64,000 bases of DNA from Planctomycetota bacterium (GTDB lineage: Bacteria; Planctomycetota; Planctomycetia; Planctomycetales; Planctomycetaceae). The translations under genes and the position numbers were made by a program. The stretch is from contig JAFEBS010000014.1 in the NCBI GenBank assembly GCA_018242525.1, positions 8,646 through 72,645 of the forward strand, given 5' to 3'. Under the pieces are notes generated by a model. It saw nothing but the letters and a program-made list of their open reading frames with translations, had not been told where the DNA came from and ran no database searches. Below are positions 45,102 through 55,369 of this stretch, one piece after another. The number at the start of each line of letters is the position of its first letter. Position 1 is the stretch's first letter.

Positions 45102-45755
45102 TCAGACCGGATAATTGCTGGCGTCTGTGGTGGGGGCGTTGCGAACATCGATCAACCGCCAGCAATACCAGGACGCGACGCTGCGGTATGGAGCCCACGG
45201 CTCGGCAATCGCGTGACTGGTTTTCTTGTCCGGCAATTCTTCCAGACCGTACAGATCGCGGATCGACGAGCGGACGCCAAGGTCGTCGTGCGGAAAGACA
45301 TCCAGTCGACCGAGCGAAAAGATCAGGAACATCTGCGCGGTCCAGCGGCCGATCCCCCGGACCTGGATCAACTGTTCGATGGCCGCTTCGTCCGACAATC
45401 GACCGATCCGGTCCAGCCGCAGCCGTTCGTCCAGGACCCGTGCGGAGAGATCCCGCAGATAGGAAACTTTCTGCGTCGACAGGCCCGCAGACCGCAGTTG
45501 TTCGTCCGTCACTGCCGCGATGGCTTCCGGGGAAAGTTTGTCCGGGAGCAGCAGTTGATCCAGTCGCAATCGAATGGCGCGGGCGGCCCTGGTGGAGATC
45601 TGCTGCGACAGGATCGAACGGACCAGCATCCCGAACCGGTTACGCTCAGTTTTCAGGGTGAAAGGCCCCGCCTTGACGATCAAGTCACCCATGATCGCAT
45701 CCACGCGACACAGGTGTTCCAATGCGGATTCGATGTGCACAGACTTGATGGCCAT
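45102..45755 (-). CDS. HhH-GPD base-excision DNA glycosylase (DNA-3-methyladenine glycosylase II / AlkA-like)
   Basis: RSILSQQISTRAARAIRLRL, the helix-hairpin-helix VRGIGRWTAQMFLIF, and a catalytic Asp context (VFPHDDLGVR). Confidence 0.85.
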   Translation of the reverse strand: MAIKSVHIESALEHLCRVDAIMGDLIVKAGPFTLKTERNRFGMLVRSILSQQISTRAARAIRLRLDQLLLPDKLSPEAIAAVTDEQLRSAGLSTQKVSYLRDLSARVLDERLRLDRIGRLSDEAAIEQLIQVRGIGRWTAQMFLIFSLGRLDVFPHDDLGVRSSIRDLYGLEELPDKKTSHAIAEPWAPYRSVASWYCWRLIDVRNAPTTDASNYPV

Positions 45756-45758
45756 GGT

Positions 45759-46697
45759 TCACGTCATCGGAATGAAGCGGGACAGCAGCAGTGCCGGAAC
45801 GATCAGGGCAGCCGTTCCCAGGGCGACCGCCGTTCCAAACGGGCCGCTGTCGTTCATTTTCCAGAACACCAGCGTTGCATCCAGCATAACGTACGACAGC
45901 AGCAACAACTTAATCGTCGTTTGCACATTGGACGGTGAGGGATCGGCCAGAGCCGTCAGAGCGCGTCGGTTCAGCGTAAATGCGATCACGGCCAGCATCG
46001 CCACCGCGACGGGGCCGTTGCCTCGGGGCGGCCAGGTCCAGACGGGCCAGGCGACTATCAGGCAGCCTAGAACGACGATTCCCGCATTGAACAAAATCTG
46101 AGCCAATCCCAGTTGCCAGCGACTGCTGGTCTTCGCCTCGGTCCGCGCAAAGACCGTCACGCCGACGATGTAAACCCCCAAGCCGATGGCCGCGGCCAGT
46201 TGCGGACGAACGAGCAGACCCGGTGGTGTCCAGAACAATTGATCACTCGCCCCCAGCAGGACGTTCAGCAGACGGCAGGAACCCATGGCGAGCGGACCGA
46301 GCGGAGTTCGCTTCAGCAGCCCGTCATAGGAAAGAATGGCCACAGCCAGCAGGCCGGCCACCTGCAAACTGACCCGAGTCACCAGTGCCGCAGAGACGAT
46401 TCCGACCGTCATCAAGACGACTCCAAGCACGATGGCCGAATTCCGGGAAACCCGTCCGGACGGAATCGGCCGACCGGGACGTTCTGCCGTATCCTGCTGG
46501 AGATCAAATACGTCATTGAAGACCATCCCGGACATGTACAGACAGCACGATGCGGCCAGCAGAACCAGGAACTTCGGGGCGTCTTCCGACCCGTCAGTGC
46601 CCGCAACAAATGTGTGTGTCAGCGTGTAGCCGAGAATAATGTCCGCCATGGCCGTAAAGACGGTGGGCAGTCGGACCAGTTGCAAATAACCAAGCAT
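45759..46697 (-). CDS. UbiA-family aromatic prenyltransferase
   Basis: LVRLPTVFTAMADIILGY start and the NDVFDLQQD (NDxxDxxxD) motif. About 8-9 TM helices. Its stop lies 3 nt from the glycosylase start. Confidence 0.85.
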   Translation of the reverse strand: MLGYLQLVRLPTVFTAMADIILGYTLTHTFVAGTDGSEDAPKFLVLLAASCCLYMSGMVFNDVFDLQQDTAERPGRPIPSGRVSRNSAIVLGVVLMTVGIVSAALVTRVSLQVAGLLAVAILSYDGLLKRTPLGPLAMGSCRLLNVLLGASDQLFWTPPGLLVRPQLAAAIGLGVYIVGVTVFARTEAKTSSRWQLGLAQILFNAGIVVLGCLIVAWPVWTWPPRGNGPVAVAMLAVIAFTLNRRALTALADPSPSNVQTTIKLLLLSYVMLDATLVFWKMNDSGPFGTAVALGTAALIVPALLLSRFIPMT

Positions 46698-46830
46698 TGG
46701 GCACTCCTTGAGGTTCGGGGCAGATTATGCCGACACCGCGTGGGATCGTCGAGGATGGTGTCTTTTTGGTGGCATTCCGCGTAAAACAACAGCATCCGGT
46801 TTGGACGGTACTTCCCGTGGAGGTGACTTG

Positions 46831-48243
46831 ATGCGACTGCTGAATCTGGTACTCGTGAGCGGGCTGACCCTGGCCTGCGGTCTGGTGTCCGTGGAACCTG
46901 CCGATGCCGGCTGGAAAGCGGGGATTGCCAAGTCGATCATCACCCCGAAGAAGCCGATGTGGATGGCCGGCTACGGTGGCCGGACAGGTCCCGCTGAAGG
47001 AGCCCAGCATGACCTGTGGATCCGCGTGCTGGCGCTGGAAGATGAGCACGGGCATCGTGGCATAGTTCTTTCCAGCGATACCCTGGGGTTTCCCCAGTCC
47101 ATTGCAGATGAACTCGCCGGCCGATTGAAACAGCAATTCGGACTGGATCGATCGCAGGTCCTGCTGCATGCCTCCCATACACACTGTGGTCCGGTCCTGC
47201 GGGGGGCGCTGTACGACGCCTATCCGCTCGACGCGGCGCAGATCGCGTTGATCAACGAGTATTCGGACTGGTTCACCACGGAGGTCGCCGCCACGATCGG
47301 TCGTGCCTTGAAGGATTTGCAGCCGGCGACTGTGTCGCGTGGTCAGGGATCAACCGACTTTGCCGTGAATCGTCGTACGAATCGAGAACCGGACGTACCG
47401 ATGCTGCGGGAGCAAAATCTGCTGTTTGGCCCGGTCGATCACACGGTACCGGTGCTGGCAATTCACGCACCGGATGGAACTCTGCGAGCCGTGGTGTTTG
47501 CCTATGCCTGCCACAATACCACGCTCAGTTTCATGAAGTGGTGCGGCGACTACGCCGGTTTCGCGCAATACGATCTGGAAGCCCGGCACCCAGGCGCGGT
47601 TGCGCTTTTTTGCATGGGTTGCGGGGCAGATCAGAATCCGCTGCCGCGACGGATGGTGGAACTGGCCGAGTCGTATGGAAAGCGACTCGCTTCTGCCGTG
47701 AATGAAGTCCTGTCGACGCCGATGGAACCGGTCGAAGCGGCTCTGCGGACCAGTCATGAATTCGTACAACTCAGGATGGCGGGACTGCCGAAGATCGAAG
47801 AACTTCGTACGATGGCCGCCGGATCTCCGGACTATCGCCAGCGTTGGGCGGCACGGATGCTGGAACTGTCCGCGGGAAAGCAGGTCCCCACCGAATATCC
47901 CTACCCCATCACCGCCTGGAAACTGGGAACAAGCCAAATCTGGATTACCATGGGCGGCGAAGTGGTGGTCGACTATGCTCTGCGGCTGAAGGGGGAATAC
48001 GGGGAACGCACGTGGGTCACGGCCTATGCCAATGATGTCATGGCATACATTCCCTCCCGGCGAGTGTTGATCGAAGGCGGTTACGAAGGACAAAGTTCGA
48101 TGATGGTTTATGGCTTGCCGACGGAACGGTGGGCCGACGATGTTGAAGATCGAATTGCGATGGCCGTTGAGCGGTGTTTGAAAAAACTGACGGCCGACAA
48201 ACCTTCAGCGAGCGCAACGAACAGCGGCAAGGATCAGCAGTGA
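46831..48243 (+). CDS. neutral/alkaline non-lysosomal ceramidase N-terminal-domain-like hydrolase
   Basis: Signal peptide MRLLNLVLVSGLTLACGLVSVEPADA. WKAGIAKSIITPKKPMWMAGYGGR...HDLWIRVLAL...LLHASHTHCGP matches the family N-terminal pattern. A GGAGGTGA SD precedes ATG 46831. Confidence 0.7.
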   Translation: MRLLNLVLVSGLTLACGLVSVEPADAGWKAGIAKSIITPKKPMWMAGYGGRTGPAEGAQHDLWIRVLALEDEHGHRGIVLSSDTLGFPQSIADELAGRLKQQFGLDRSQVLLHASHTHCGPVLRGALYDAYPLDAAQIALINEYSDWFTTEVAATIGRALKDLQPATVSRGQGSTDFAVNRRTNREPDVPMLREQNLLFGPVDHTVPVLAIHAPDGTLRAVVFAYACHNTTLSFMKWCGDYAGFAQYDLEARHPGAVALFCMGCGADQNPLPRRMVELAESYGKRLASAVNEVLSTPMEPVEAALRTSHEFVQLRMAGLPKIEELRTMAAGSPDYRQRWAARMLELSAGKQVPTEYPYPITAWKLGTSQIWITMGGEVVVDYALRLKGEYGERTWVTAYANDVMAYIPSRRVLIEGGYEGQSSMMVYGLPTERWADDVEDRIAMAVERCLKKLTADKPSASATNSGKDQQ

Positions 48244-48677
48244 TGCGACAGGTAAAATCATGCGGCGTGGTTTTGTTTCGCAGGAAGCCCGATGTGGAGT
48301 TCCTGTTGATGAAGCATGCGCACCGATTTGATCTGCCCAAAGGCCATATCGAAACCGGCGAATCCGAAATTCAGTGTGCCCTGCGGGAAATGTGGGAAGA
48401 AACCGGTGTGCCGATCGACCAGGTCGAACTGGACCCCGAGTTTCGCTACGAGGAAAAGTACTACCCGATTGAACCCCGCTTCGGGACCGAACGAGTGGAA
48501 AAGACGCTCGTAATCTTCCTGGGCTGGATCGACAAGGTGGATCAGATCCAGGTCACGGAACACGGCGGCCACGAATGGCGTCGCTGGAGTCCGCCGCACA
48601 CCATCCAGAAATACACGATCAATCCCCTGCTGGCGGCCGTCGAAGCCCATTTCGCAAAAACCGGTGGCACAAAGTAA
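48243..48677 (+). CDS. NUDIX hydrolase
   Basis: Complete Nudix box GHIETGESEIQCALREMWEETGV (Gx5Ex7REUxEExGU). The ATG overlaps the upstream stop (TGATG). Confidence 0.85.
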   Translation: MRQVKSCGVVLFRRKPDVEFLLMKHAHRFDLPKGHIETGESEIQCALREMWEETGVPIDQVELDPEFRYEEKYYPIEPRFGTERVEKTLVIFLGWIDKVDQIQVTEHGGHEWRRWSPPHTIQKYTINPLLAAVEAHFAKTGGTK

Positions 48678-48753
48678 TCCGAAGCGTCAGAGAGAGGGCG
48701 ACAACGCACCCCAACGGATGATCAGGGCCCCCGTCGCATCGTGGTACCGTACC

Positions 48754-49755
48754 TCAATACCACTTCGTCTTGTCAACAATCGTTGCCGGCGGCTCACCGC
48801 GTTGAAATCGCCGAATGTTTTCCAGCAACGTGTCCAGGTGGCGAACGGCGACATGAGTCGACGCTGCGGCCACGTGGGGAGTGATGATGACGTTGGGCAT
48901 CCGCCACAGTGGGTGGTCCGACGGCAGCGGTTCGACTTCACAGACATCCAGCGCTGCACCCGCGATGTCACCCGATTGCAGAGCGGCCACCAGGTCCATC
49001 AGATCGACAATTGCACCACGTCCAATGTTGATCAGGATTCCCGTCCGTTTCATCTGTTGAATCCGTGATCGTCGGAACAGTTTTTCTGTCTCGGGAGTGT
49101 GCGGGGCGGCGATCACGACGTAGTCACTTTCGGCGAGCAGATCATCGAGACGATCCAGGGGCCAGACGGACGGCAGAGTTTCTGGAACAGAACGACAGAC
49201 CGGGTCGACACCGCGCAGTTTCATGCCGAAGGCTGCCGCCCGCCGCAGCACCTCCGCCCCAATGCTTCCGACGCCGACTACACCGAGCGTGCAGTCAGAA
49301 AGGTGTTGATGGGCCCGGTCCATGGGAGTCACCGTTCCGGGGGCACTGACGAAGTCCGTGACATAACGGGTATCCCCGACGGGCGACCACAATCCCTGCT
49401 GCTGTTGTCGCAGGTAAACATGCAGATTTCTCGCAAAACACAGGACAAATCCCATTACATGATCGGCGATCACGTCTGAGAACAAGCCGCGCATGTTGCT
49501 CAGGATGCAGGGGTGCGCCACCAGTTCTGGAAACAGGTAATGTTCCAGGCTGGCCGTTGGGGACTGCACCCAGCGGAGCTTCGAGGCGCGGGCCAGAAGC
49601 GGCGGTGTCAGCTTGCCGAAAAACGCGTCCGCATCCGCGATTTCACTCAGCGCTTCATCAGCGTCGCGCGCGTTCACCACAACCATTGAAGAGGCTGCAT
49701 GGCGGATCTTGTTCAATCGTGTTTCATCAATGGCGGGGTGGATGACAAGCTTCAT
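48754..49755 (-). CDS. D-isomer-specific 2-hydroxyacid dehydrogenase family protein
   Basis: NAD-binding GVVGVGSIGAEV...GVD fold. Catalytic-region motifs LINIGRGAIVD and VIITPHVAA. Confidence 0.9.
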   Translation of the reverse strand: MKLVIHPAIDETRLNKIRHAASSMVVVNARDADEALSEIADADAFFGKLTPPLLARASKLRWVQSPTASLEHYLFPELVAHPCILSNMRGLFSDVIADHVMGFVLCFARNLHVYLRQQQQGLWSPVGDTRYVTDFVSAPGTVTPMDRAHQHLSDCTLGVVGVGSIGAEVLRRAAAFGMKLRGVDPVCRSVPETLPSVWPLDRLDDLLAESDYVVIAAPHTPETEKLFRRSRIQQMKRTGILINIGRGAIVDLMDLVAALQSGDIAGAALDVCEVEPLPSDHPLWRMPNVIITPHVAAASTHVAVRHLDTLLENIRRFQRGEPPATIVDKTKWY

Positions 49756-49988
49756 GTTTGATCTCTTCAGGGACTCATTCAGGCCGTGTTCATGGACCGT
49801 TTCAGGTCACTGCGTATGTCATGCGCGGATACGATCTGTCAAGAGATGCAAGACCCTGGTTTCTCAGAATCGCGAAGTCTCATTTTTCTGCTTGCTCTCG
49901 TTATGGATGCTCGGCAGAATGTCGCCGCAATGGTTGGCTCCGGGTAGCCGACACACATCCGAACGAACAAATGTCATGAGGGCGCGCG

Positions 49989-50252
49989 ATGCGAGTTTAT
50001 ACGCGTGGGGTTGATGAGGGGCTGATGATTGGCAAGACCGTGCAGGTCAACGTTCTGGAAGTCCAGACGAACTGCGTGCGACTGGCAATCATCGATCCCG
50101 ATGCATCCCCCACCTATCGCGAAGAGGTCCTGTACCTTCCTTCCGAGTCTGATGATTGCGATTTTGAATTTGATCAGTCAGACTCTTGCAATGTGTTTGA
50201 TGATGATTTCACGTTCGAGGACGAAGATTCACGATTGATCCCGATGGCCTGA
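49989..50252 (+). CDS. csrA: carbon storage regulator CsrA homologue with a long acidic C-terminal tail
   Basis: MRVYTRGVDEGLMIGKTVQVNVLEVQTNCVRLAIIDPDASPTYREEV aligns with the CsrA core (MLILTRRVGE.LMIG..V.V.VL.V.GN.VR.GI.AP....V.REEI). The last 37 aa contain 14 Asp/Glu. Confidence 0.8.
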   Translation: MRVYTRGVDEGLMIGKTVQVNVLEVQTNCVRLAIIDPDASPTYREEVLYLPSESDDCDFEFDQSDSCNVFDDDFTFEDEDSRLIPMA

Positions 50253-50330
50253 CGCCGCGCGTGACAACGTGAAACTGACGCCCCGGGCCACAACTCTGAT
50301 CGGGGCGGATTCGCCAGGGTGGAACCGTTC

Positions 50331-51170
50331 ATGGAATCCGTTCCGATTTCAACAACGGTCGACGCCGTGAGTGACAGTGTCGCGATGGATTCACCGCCCC
50401 AACCGCGCCGTTCAGCGGACGATCCCTTCACGCCGGAAGAGATCCAGGCGTTGGGGCTCCGTCAGGATCGCCTTCCCAGGCACGTGGCCATCATTATGGA
50501 TGGAAACGGTCGCTGGGCTCAGGCACGTGGTTTTCCACGGATCGAAGGGCACCGCCGCGGTGTTTCGACCGTGCGCGCCATTGTCGAGCAATGCTCCCGC
50601 CTGCAACTGGACCAGTTGACGCTGTACTGCTTCAGCAGCGAGAACTGGAAACGGCCACCGTTGGAATTGAAACTGCTGATGCAATTGCTGGAGCAGTACC
50701 TGATCGAGGAGCGGGCCGAGATCATGCGTCAAAACCTGCGGTTCGCCGTCATCGGTCGCCGGGGCGGCCTGGGAGAAGGAGTCCTCCGCGAAATCGCCCG
50801 AACCAGCGAGATCAGCCAGGACAACACGGGCATGCGGCTGTGCCTGGCAGTCAATTATGGCAGTCGGGGTGAACTGGCCGATGCCGCCAGGTCGATCGCC
50901 GAGGAAGTTGCCGCTGGCCGGTTGACACCTGACCAGGTGGACGAGGATGTCTTCGCCAGCCATTTGTACACAGCGGGAATGTCCGATCCCGACCTGGTGA
51001 TTCGTACCGCGGGAGAAATGCGAGTTAGCAACTACCTGTTGTGGCAGATCAGTTACGCCGAATTCTGGGTGACTGAACGATGCTGGCCCGAGTTTTCGCG
51101 CGACGATCTGCATCAGGCCTTTCAGGATTTCGCCGCCCGCGATCGTCGCTTCGGCGGCTTGTCGACGTAA
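50331..51170 (+). CDS. uppS: isoprenyl transferase (undecaprenyl-diphosphate synthase-type cis-prenyltransferase)
   Basis: LPRHVAIIMDGNGRWA, FSSENWKRP and IRTAGEMRVSNYLLWQISYAEF motifs. ATG 50331 preferred over GTG 50319. Confidence 0.9.
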   Translation: MESVPISTTVDAVSDSVAMDSPPQPRRSADDPFTPEEIQALGLRQDRLPRHVAIIMDGNGRWAQARGFPRIEGHRRGVSTVRAIVEQCSRLQLDQLTLYCFSSENWKRPPLELKLLMQLLEQYLIEERAEIMRQNLRFAVIGRRGGLGEGVLREIARTSEISQDNTGMRLCLAVNYGSRGELADAARSIAEEVAAGRLTPDQVDEDVFASHLYTAGMSDPDLVIRTAGEMRVSNYLLWQISYAEFWVTERCWPEFSRDDLHQAFQDFAARDRRFGGLST

Positions 51171-51277
51171 CGGTCCGTAGTAGTGATCAGAAAGTATTTC
51201 GGTGGACTGGTCGAGTCCGTTGCAGACTGCTGGTAGACTCTGTGCGGGAATTGACGATTGTTTAACAGGCATGTTGC

Positions 51278-52204
51278 ATGCTCCGTTGGCGCCTGGCTGT
51301 CTCTGCGGTACTGATTCCATCGTTTTTCGGCCTGTTCTGGCTGGACGCACGAATGGGCGAGCATGCGCCGATTCTACTCGTGCTGGTGATCTGTCTGGCG
51401 TTGCGTGGCGCGGGCGAAATGGTCGATCTGCTCTGGACTCGCTCGTTCACTCCCAACCGTATCATCGTCTCGGCCTCGTGCGTGCTGGTGGCCGGTGCCG
51501 CCTGGTGGGGGCGATTCGGCCACATGCCAATCAAGATTCCGTCGGATGACAACACGCTCGCTCAGGTCATGCTCGCCTATTCATTGACCATCCTGGCGAT
51601 GTTCCTGCTGGCGACGTACCGCTACCGCGAACCCGGGGCCAGCATGGAGACTCTGGGGGCGGAACTGTTGATTGTCAGCTATATCGGCGTCCTGCTGGGC
51701 GTCGTGGTTCAATTGCGCTGGGTGGCAGGCGCCGATGCCGGTTACCTGGTGATCGGTTCCCTGGTGGTGGTGACCAAGGGAGGCGATGTCGGGGCGTACT
51801 TCTTCGGTCGGCTCTTTGGAAAACGGAAGATGGTTCCGCACTTGTCACCCGGAAAGACATGGGCAGGGGGTGTGGGGGCCCTGGTCGGTTCCGCAGCCAC
51901 TGCCGTCGCCTGGCTGTATTTTGCCACTCCGTTGTTCACTCCCAAGAATAGCGCTCCGTGGGTCCCCCCGGATTGGCTGAGTTCCGCCATTTATGGCCTG
52001 ATCCTGGGAGTCACGGGGTTGATTGGCGACTTGTGTGAATCGCTGATCAAGCGTGATGTCGGTAAGAAGGATTCTGCTCGACTGTTGCCGGGATTTGGCG
52101 GTCTGCTCGACCTGATCGACAGTGTGCTCTACGCGGGGCCGGTGGCCTATGTCTTGTGGAAGGCGTTGCCACTGGTGACCTGGCACGTGTCGCGACTCTC
52201 ATAG
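51278..52204 (+). CDS. cdsA: phosphatidate cytidylyltransferase
   Basis: SPGKTWAGGVGAL... and the C-terminal signature GDLCESLIKRDVGKKDSARLLPGFGGLLDLIDS. Polytopic. Downstream of uppS, as in many bacteria. Confidence 0.85.
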   Translation: MLRWRLAVSAVLIPSFFGLFWLDARMGEHAPILLVLVICLALRGAGEMVDLLWTRSFTPNRIIVSASCVLVAGAAWWGRFGHMPIKIPSDDNTLAQVMLAYSLTILAMFLLATYRYREPGASMETLGAELLIVSYIGVLLGVVVQLRWVAGADAGYLVIGSLVVVTKGGDVGAYFFGRLFGKRKMVPHLSPGKTWAGGVGALVGSAATAVAWLYFATPLFTPKNSAPWVPPDWLSSAIYGLILGVTGLIGDLCESLIKRDVGKKDSARLLPGFGGLLDLIDSVLYAGPVAYVLWKALPLVTWHVSRLS

Positions 52205-52304
52205 TCCAGAGGCGCGGATTGCCGGAACGGCCCCTTCACTGCGGTCTGGACACCTGTACAATTCGCACATTACGTCCAACAGACTGTCATCACATCGGCG
52301 CAGA

Positions 52305-53180
52305 TTGAATTCATCCATTTCGGCGAGGTCCGTCGTGATCGAAACCGTGCCGACCTATCGCGTTTCTTCCCTTTACCTGTGGAACCTGTTTCGACAAGCC
52401 TTATATGGCGCGCTGGGTCTCACTGTTGGTTGGGTTGTGTTCCTCGGCATCTCGCTGTGGTTATTGCCCGGTTTGCCTTGGAATGAACTTCTGCCGTTTG
52501 CCCTGTCGATGATTTCCAGTCTTCATTCGGCCTCTGAAAGTGAATCCAGAGAGTTGGCCCGATACGGGCTTGGCCCTGCGATCGCTCTGTGCGTGATCCC
52601 GGCGGGGCTTGCAGACATCTCGTCCTGGATGGCCGTACAGTATGAATTCCATCCAGACAAACTGCGGATGCGCTGGCGACGAATCACGCGCGACATCTCC
52701 TGGGACCTGATTCACAGCGTTGAAGAACGACCTCACGCGGATCCGGTCCGCCGCAGTTTGAAGATTTACCAGAATGATGCACAACCGATCCTGGTGCGCG
52801 GTTTGGAGAATCTGCCGGAGTTCATTGGACAGTTAAAGGCACGGCTCCCCAGGCTGGCCAGGTGGGAAGTCTCACGAGTGCGTGTCGATCTCACAAGCCG
52901 GGCGACGAACTTTGTCGTTGGCTTGCTGTTGTTAATCCCGCTCTACGCCACCTGGATTGCGTGCTACGTGTTTCATTCGACCGTCATCGAGTTGTGCTGG
53001 TCCGTGGCACTGCTGCTGTCGGCGTTCTGGATCTGGGTGAAGCACCCGTTGACGCGATCGCACATGTGCATTCTTGAAGTCGAAGCCTTTCTGGCCGTGC
53101 TGCTGCTGCTCGCCTCTGGCTTGTTGTCTTGCAGTACGGCCCTGGAGTCGTCGCAGATGACACGCCTGCTGGGATGGTGA
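52305..53180 (+). CDS. hypothetical polytopic membrane protein
   Basis: TTG/GTG start is uncertain. Several TM helices flank a soluble segment of about 90 aa (YEFHPDKLRMRWRRITRDISWDLIHSVEE...) that may be PH-like. No family recognised. Confidence 0.4.
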   Translation: MNSSISARSVVIETVPTYRVSSLYLWNLFRQALYGALGLTVGWVVFLGISLWLLPGLPWNELLPFALSMISSLHSASESESRELARYGLGPAIALCVIPAGLADISSWMAVQYEFHPDKLRMRWRRITRDISWDLIHSVEERPHADPVRRSLKIYQNDAQPILVRGLENLPEFIGQLKARLPRLARWEVSRVRVDLTSRATNFVVGLLLLIPLYATWIACYVFHSTVIELCWSVALLLSAFWIWVKHPLTRSHMCILEVEAFLAVLLLLASGLLSCSTALESSQMTRLLGW

Positions 53181-53235
53181 TAGACTGGCGACGAGATTCG
53201 TCGCTCAAGTCATTCGATCTCGTGGAATCCTGATC

Positions 53236-53490
53236 ATGTATCGAACTGTTTCAACATGGGCCGGCGTGTTGTGCCTGGTGACGGGACTTCCAGTCGTTCA
53301 CGCTGCCGAACCGCTGGTGGTGGATGTCTGGCCGGGAAAGCCTGCTGGTGACGACGCATCCCAGATCGGCGAAGAAAAATGGCTGGATCCTCGTCCCGGC
53401 GACAAGTGGCAGAAATGGGTCACCAATGTTTCCAGGCCGACACTGACGATCTATCGACCGGAACCTGGCTTGATCGCAGCGGAATACTGA
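53236..53490 (+). pseudogene. N-terminal fragment of an alpha/beta-hydrolase (esterase) gene, truncated after 84 codons
   Basis: A signal peptide followed by VDVWPGKPAGDD...IGEEKW...VTNVSRPTLTIYRPE is the typical leader of planctomycete secreted esterases. The ORF stops where the catalytic domain should begin. Confidence 0.5.
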
Positions 53491-53518
53491 AACCTCAATC
53501 CCGGCCCGAAGGGAAGTC

Positions 53519-55369
53519 ATGATCAAGAATCTCGGAATTGTGGTGCTCCTGCTGGCACCGAGTCCGCTGGTGGCCGACCAGCGTCCCAATATCGTCTGGA
53601 TCGTCAGCGAGGACCATGGGCCTCACATGGGTTGCTACGGCGATTCGTTTGCGACGACGCCGAACGTCGATGGTCTGGCCGCCAGGGGCCTGCGGTATAC
53701 ACATTGCTGGTCGAACGCTCCCGTCTGTGCTCCGGCACGAACCACGTTGATCACCGGTTTGTACGCGACGTCATCTGGCGGAGAGCCTATGCGCAGCATG
53801 GTGCCGCTGCCGCGTGGCCAACACCTGTACCCGGAACTGCTTCGACAGGCCGGGTACTATTGCACCAACAACGCCAAGGAAGACTACAACATTCAGAAGC
53901 CCGGTAAAGTCTGGGATGAATCGTCCCGGAATGCTCACTGGAAAAAGCGGCCGGTGGGAACTCCCTTTTTCGCGGTGTTCAATTCGGAAAAGAGCCACGA
54001 AAGCAAGATTCGTGTTCGGCCCCACAAACTGGTGCATGACCCGGCCAGGGTTCGCATTCCTGCTTATCATCCGGACACTCCCGAAGTCCGCCAGGACTGG
54101 GCTCAATACTACGACGTGGTCACAGAAGCGGATGCCGACGCCGGCGTCCGACTGAGAGAACTGGCTGACGCAGGCCTGATGGAAGACACGATCATCTTTT
54201 ACTACGGCGATCACGGGTCAGGCATGCCTCGCTCCAAACGCTGGCCTTACAATTCCGGGCTGCATGTTCCCCTGGTGGTTTACATCCCGGAGAAATTTCA
54301 GGACCTGCGCCCTGCAGACTACGCTCCCGGCCAGTCATCAGACCGGCTGGTGAGCTTTGTGGACTTTGCCCCGACACTGCTCAGCCTGGCGGGCGTCCAG
54401 CCCCCGGAATGGATGCAGGGTCACGCCTTCCTGGGAAAGTTCATCACCCCGCCGCAACCGTTTCTGTACGGGTTTCGTGGCCGGATGGACGAGCGGTACG
54501 ACCTGGTTCGCAGTGTGACCGATGGTCATTTTGTCTACGTACGACAGTACCTGCCTCATGTCATTTACGGTCAACACATCGACTACATGTTTCAGACGCC
54601 CACCACCCGGGTGTGGAAGCAACTGCACGATCTGGGGAAACTGACACCCGAACAGGACGCGTTCTGGAACCGAAAACCTGCCGAAGAACTTTATGATCTG
54701 CAGACAGATCCTGACGAAGTTCACAATCTGGCGAATTCAGTCAGCCACCGGCAGATTCGAGATCGGCTGCGAGCCGCCCAGCACGACCACGTGCTGAAGA
54801 TTCGCGACGTCGGGTTTCTGCCGGAAGGAGAACGATTCCGACGTGCGAATGGCGATTCGATTTATGATCTGGGACGCGACCCGAATCGATATCCGCTGGA
54901 ACGGATCCTGGAGGCTGCGGACCTGGCATCGATGATGTCGCCAGACGCCGTTCCCCAGTTAAAGAGAGATCTGAAAAGCGACGACAATGCCGTTCGCTAT
55001 TGGGGAGTACTTGGTTTGCAGATGCGAGGGAGCGCTGCTGTCATGTCGGCCAACGATGAATTGCACCAGGCTCTCACTGATCAATCGGCATTCGTCGAGA
55101 TTGCGGCCGCTCAGGCGTTGGCGTCAGCAGGTGGATCCGGCGATCTGGAACTTGCTCTGCCGCATCTTGTCCGGCTGGCCAACTGGACGAAGAACGATGT
55201 CTTCGTGTCGATGGCGGCATTAAATGCTTTGGACGCCATCGGTGAGCGAGCCGCCACCGTTGAGGCGGCGATCCAAATGTTACCGGCAGCGGGGCCAACA
55301 CCTGACGCTCGTTACAACGACTACGTGCCGCGGCTGTTGCAGGCGCTGCAGGCAAAGAACAAACATTGA
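53519..55369 (+). CDS. formylglycine-dependent sulfatase with C-terminal HEAT-like repeats
   Basis: PNIVWIVSEDHGPHMGCYGD, the CAPARTTLITG (C-x-P/A-x-R) signature and YGDHGSGMPRSKRW. The C-terminal ~150 aa are HEAT-like (DNAVRYWGVLGL...). Confidence 0.9.
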   Translation: MIKNLGIVVLLLAPSPLVADQRPNIVWIVSEDHGPHMGCYGDSFATTPNVDGLAARGLRYTHCWSNAPVCAPARTTLITGLYATSSGGEPMRSMVPLPRGQHLYPELLRQAGYYCTNNAKEDYNIQKPGKVWDESSRNAHWKKRPVGTPFFAVFNSEKSHESKIRVRPHKLVHDPARVRIPAYHPDTPEVRQDWAQYYDVVTEADADAGVRLRELADAGLMEDTIIFYYGDHGSGMPRSKRWPYNSGLHVPLVVYIPEKFQDLRPADYAPGQSSDRLVSFVDFAPTLLSLAGVQPPEWMQGHAFLGKFITPPQPFLYGFRGRMDERYDLVRSVTDGHFVYVRQYLPHVIYGQHIDYMFQTPTTRVWKQLHDLGKLTPEQDAFWNRKPAEELYDLQTDPDEVHNLANSVSHRQIRDRLRAAQHDHVLKIRDVGFLPEGERFRRANGDSIYDLGRDPNRYPLERILEAADLASMMSPDAVPQLKRDLKSDDNAVRYWGVLGLQMRGSAAVMSANDELHQALTDQSAFVEIAAAQALASAGGSGDLELALPHLVRLANWTKNDVFVSMAALNALDAIGERAATVEAAIQMLPAAGPTPDARYNDYVPRLLQALQAKNKH

